64,000 nucleotides of DNA from a virus, in IMG/VR virus record IMGVR_UViG_3300045988_118801, positions 1 through 64,000 of that record; one strand, 5' to 3'. Made by a program: the position numbers and the translations under genes. Positions 62,210 through 64,000 of the stretch are shown here, one piece after another (position 1 is the first letter of the stretch; each line of letters starts with the position of its first letter). The notes below the pieces were generated by a model. That model had not been told where the DNA came from and did no database searches. It worked only from the letters and a program-made list of their open reading frames with translations.

Positions 62210-62735
62210 ATACGTTCCATACATAGTAATAGCCGTATTGTTGGTGTCTTTGTTAGTTTCATTAACCAACAGAAAGGAGGTGGTAATAGAGAAGATTACC
62301 AGCGATACGGTTTATTTCGTAAAATTAGATACGTATAAGGTCAAAAAACCGATTTTTATTACGAAAAGGGTAGTTGATACCATTTACGTAAAAACTAACA
62401 AAAATGGCGATATACTATTACCGATTACACAGAAGTATTACAAGGACAGTCTTTACGAAGCATGGGTAAGCGGATTTAATGCAAGTTTGGATAGTATTAA
62501 TATTTACAATAAGACTAAATTTGTAACGATTACAAATACTGTGAATAGAGAAATATATCCTAAACGGACTGACTTTTATTTGGACGGAGGTATGTTGTAC
62601 ATGAATGAGAAGTTTGCTCCTAATATCGGTGCTAGTATAAAATTCAGAAATGACATGACATTGAGAGGCGGTATAGGTTACTACGACAAGAATTTATACT
62701 ATATGTTTAACGTAGGATTTAAATTAAATAAATAA
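62202..62735 (+). CDS. membrane-anchored beta-rich protein
   Basis: The ATG at 62202 overlaps the upstream coding end and stop by 8 nt. TM segment YVPYIVIAVLLVSLLVSL. C-terminal alternating aromatic pattern GGIGYYDKNLYYMFNVGFKL. Confidence 0.45.
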   Translation: MTKYVPYIVIAVLLVSLLVSLTNRKEVVIEKITSDTVYFVKLDTYKVKKPIFITKRVVDTIYVKTNKNGDILLPITQKYYKDSLYEAWVSGFNASLDSINIYNKTKFVTITNTVNREIYPKRTDFYLDGGMLYMNEKFAPNIGASIKFRNDMTLRGGIGYYDKNLYYMFNVGFKLNK

Positions 62736-62745
62736 ACGTATTTTT

Positions 62746-63285
62746 ATGCAGTTAAATATTGAAAAAGAATCGCTGGTTAAGGTTTTGAATGAATGTTACC
62801 AGCATGAATTACCTGAACCTTTGAAAGAGGGTGACAACAGAATTTGGGTAAAGGCAGTCGCTAAGGTTTGGAAATGTGACGGAAGTACAAACTATTGCGT
62901 GGTTGCAAATGACGGAAGCAACAACCCAGTAGTTATGAAAGACTTCGGCAATCCTGCTACTATTATGAAGTATGAGGAAATTTATCCCACTTTGTTTTTA
63001 AAAGACGGATATATGCCTGATTTGCGCAAGCAGTCTGACTGTATCGAATACCTTGCAAAACATGAATACAAGGCTGATGAAGTTTCCGCTTATCTTTCTT
63101 CTAAGGATGAAAACGGAGAAGCAAAGACTGATGAACGGAAAAAATCAGACCGTGACAAGGTTAAGAAATGTATTATCAAGTGTGCGATAAAAGACTACCT
63201 TAATTATTTGGAAGAAAGAAAATACGAAAGAAACTTTACTAAAGATTTTGAATATGGAAAAGAAGGAACTGAAAGCGAAAATTGA
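62746..63285 (+). CDS. hypothetical protein
   Basis: ORF track. Confidence 0.5.
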   Translation: MQLNIEKESLVKVLNECYQHELPEPLKEGDNRIWVKAVAKVWKCDGSTNYCVVANDGSNNPVVMKDFGNPATIMKYEEIYPTLFLKDGYMPDLRKQSDCIEYLAKHEYKADEVSAYLSSKDENGEAKTDERKKSDRDKVKKCIIKCAIKDYLNYLEERKYERNFTKDFEYGKEGTESEN

Positions 63286-63844
63286 TGAAGTAGTAAATCA
63301 GATTAAGACAAACAGTAAAGACGCTAAGTTTGCGGCTTCTCTTATTGACAAATTACTGTCTTTGAAAGGTCAGTTGGATGTAGAGCCTATGCGCTTTGGT
63401 ATTCCTGAAAAGGAAGTAATTAAGGAATACGACAATGATTCTATCCGCTTTGTAAGATGCAAGGGCTATATTGCTTTTCAGGTAAAGGGCGGTTTCTCTG
63501 TATTTGTCAGTCCTAGAATGTCGGGACTTTATCAGCATTTGGAAGTCATTCTTGACATGAAAGATAAATATGACGAGCTTACCGAAGAACAAAAGAAAAT
63601 ATACGACTTCCTGTATTTGGCTACTACACAGATTTTGCAGTTGGGTATCTTTGCTACTTGTGACGATGAGTTTTTCTTCGGCATTGCAGAGGATATTGTG
63701 AAACGATTCCAAACAATGACTGAAAAGTCCTTGAGCGCAGATTTGCAGGACGAAACGCATAAAGAGAACGCAGAATTTGAGAACAACATGGATTTGGCAA
63801 ATCAAGTTTTGCTCGGAGATAAGAATGAAAGAACAGTTGGATAA
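63248..63844 (+). CDS. hypothetical protein
   Basis: ORF track; the start is uncertain (ATG also at 63254). Confidence 0.5.
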   Translation: MNMEKKELKAKIDEVVNQIKTNSKDAKFAASLIDKLLSLKGQLDVEPMRFGIPEKEVIKEYDNDSIRFVRCKGYIAFQVKGGFSVFVSPRMSGLYQHLEVILDMKDKYDELTEEQKKIYDFLYLATTQILQLGIFATCDDEFFFGIAEDIVKRFQTMTEKSLSADLQDETHKENAEFENNMDLANQVLLGDKNERTVG

Positions 63845-63860
63845 TTAAATATGGGAACAG

Positions 63861-64000
63861 ATGCTTGAAATATCTAAAGAAATTTGGAAGGAATCAATAT
63901 ATCCTCAGTATTTAGTCTCAAATTTAGGGAGAGTAAAAAATAAAAATGGTAAAATATTATCTAAAAGGGTTTGCACTTCTAATGGTTACAGTTATGTATC
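63861..64000 (+). CDS. NUMOD4-motif (HNH-type) homing endonuclease, 5' part only
   Basis: MLEISKEIWKESIYPQYLVSNLGRVKNKNGKILSKRV... matches the NUMOD4 pattern (W..I..Y..Y.VSN.G.V). Runs off the window. Confidence 0.55.
   Translation, partial: MLEISKEIWKESIYPQYLVSNLGRVKNKNGKILSKRVCTSNGYSYV

Noticed and set aside
1-64000. Genome-wide stop-codon reassignment (TAG to Gln or TGA to Trp), as described for some Bacteroidota phages.
   Set aside because: The in-frame stops seen use all three codons (TAA, TGA, TAG), once each. TAG, TGA and TAA each terminate well-defined genes at expected lengths: TAG for terL, the portal gene, dnaN and the primase-helicase; TGA for the tape measure and dut; TAA for the capsid gene, recT and int. 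No suppressor tRNA was seen.
1-64000. Reverse transcriptase-based systems (retron, DGR) or known defence or anti-defence cassettes.
   Set aside because: No ORF with YxDD-type RT motifs was found. No template/variable repeat pair was noticed by eye. No recognisable toxin-antitoxin, Abi, or anti-CRISPR-associated (Aca-type) gene arrangement could be supported from sequence alone.

Overview
The whole 64-kb window reads as a tailed dsDNA phage or prophage with temperate features. The host is probably a Bacteroidota-type organism: intergenic regions carry TAnnTTTG -7 promoter boxes, and the tyrosine integrase is of the Bacteroides type. No rRNA, canonical tRNA or CRISPR array was seen.

Gene layout:
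- 1-7186 (-): collagen-like fibre fragment, portal, large terminase interrupted by an intein, and a homing-endonuclease-like gene.
- 7451-18245 (+): head and tail morphogenesis. This includes scaffold, putative major capsid, major tail, a G/GT chaperone pair with a T-TTT-TTC -1 slippery site, and a 1730-aa tape measure.
- 18309-19427 (-): Rha-type regulator and a DnaA-domain-IV-like HTH protein.
- 19630-23081 (+): a GC-richer cargo block that starts with a very Cys/Gly/Trp-rich protein.
- 23104-47131 (-): a long early and accessory block.
  - Nucleotide metabolism: dCMP deaminase, dUTPase, thioredoxin.
  - Recombination: RuvC-like resolvase, MBL-fold protein, RecT, SSB, Rad50/SbcC-like ATPase.
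  - Regulation and other functions: XRE repressor, GNAT, SLT lysozyme.
  - Recombinases: tyrosine integrase, serine recombinase.
- 47132-48700: a 1.57-kb non-coding divergent control and origin-like region.
- 48701-64000 (+): replication and accessory genes. These are a sliding clamp, a Ro60/TROVE-vWA protein, a GIY-YIG endonuclease, an AEP primase fused to an SF4 helicase, a DNA methyltransferase, and the start of a NUMOD4 endonuclease.

Most notable observations:
- A TROVE/Ro60 gene is preceded by a promoter- and terminator-bounded tRNA-like (Y-RNA-like) non-coding RNA.
- The terminase P-loop carries an intein with LAGLIDADG motifs and the class-3 Trp/Cys/Thr signature.
- Two large non-coding regions (about 0.8 kb and 1.6 kb) have promoters, a terminator and structured islands.
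- A compositionally foreign two-gene cassette encodes Cys-rich proteins.
- At least seven small accessory genes are interrupted by frameshifts or single in-frame stops, while all large essential genes are intact.

Functional calls rest on motifs read by eye and on synteny. No database search was possible.
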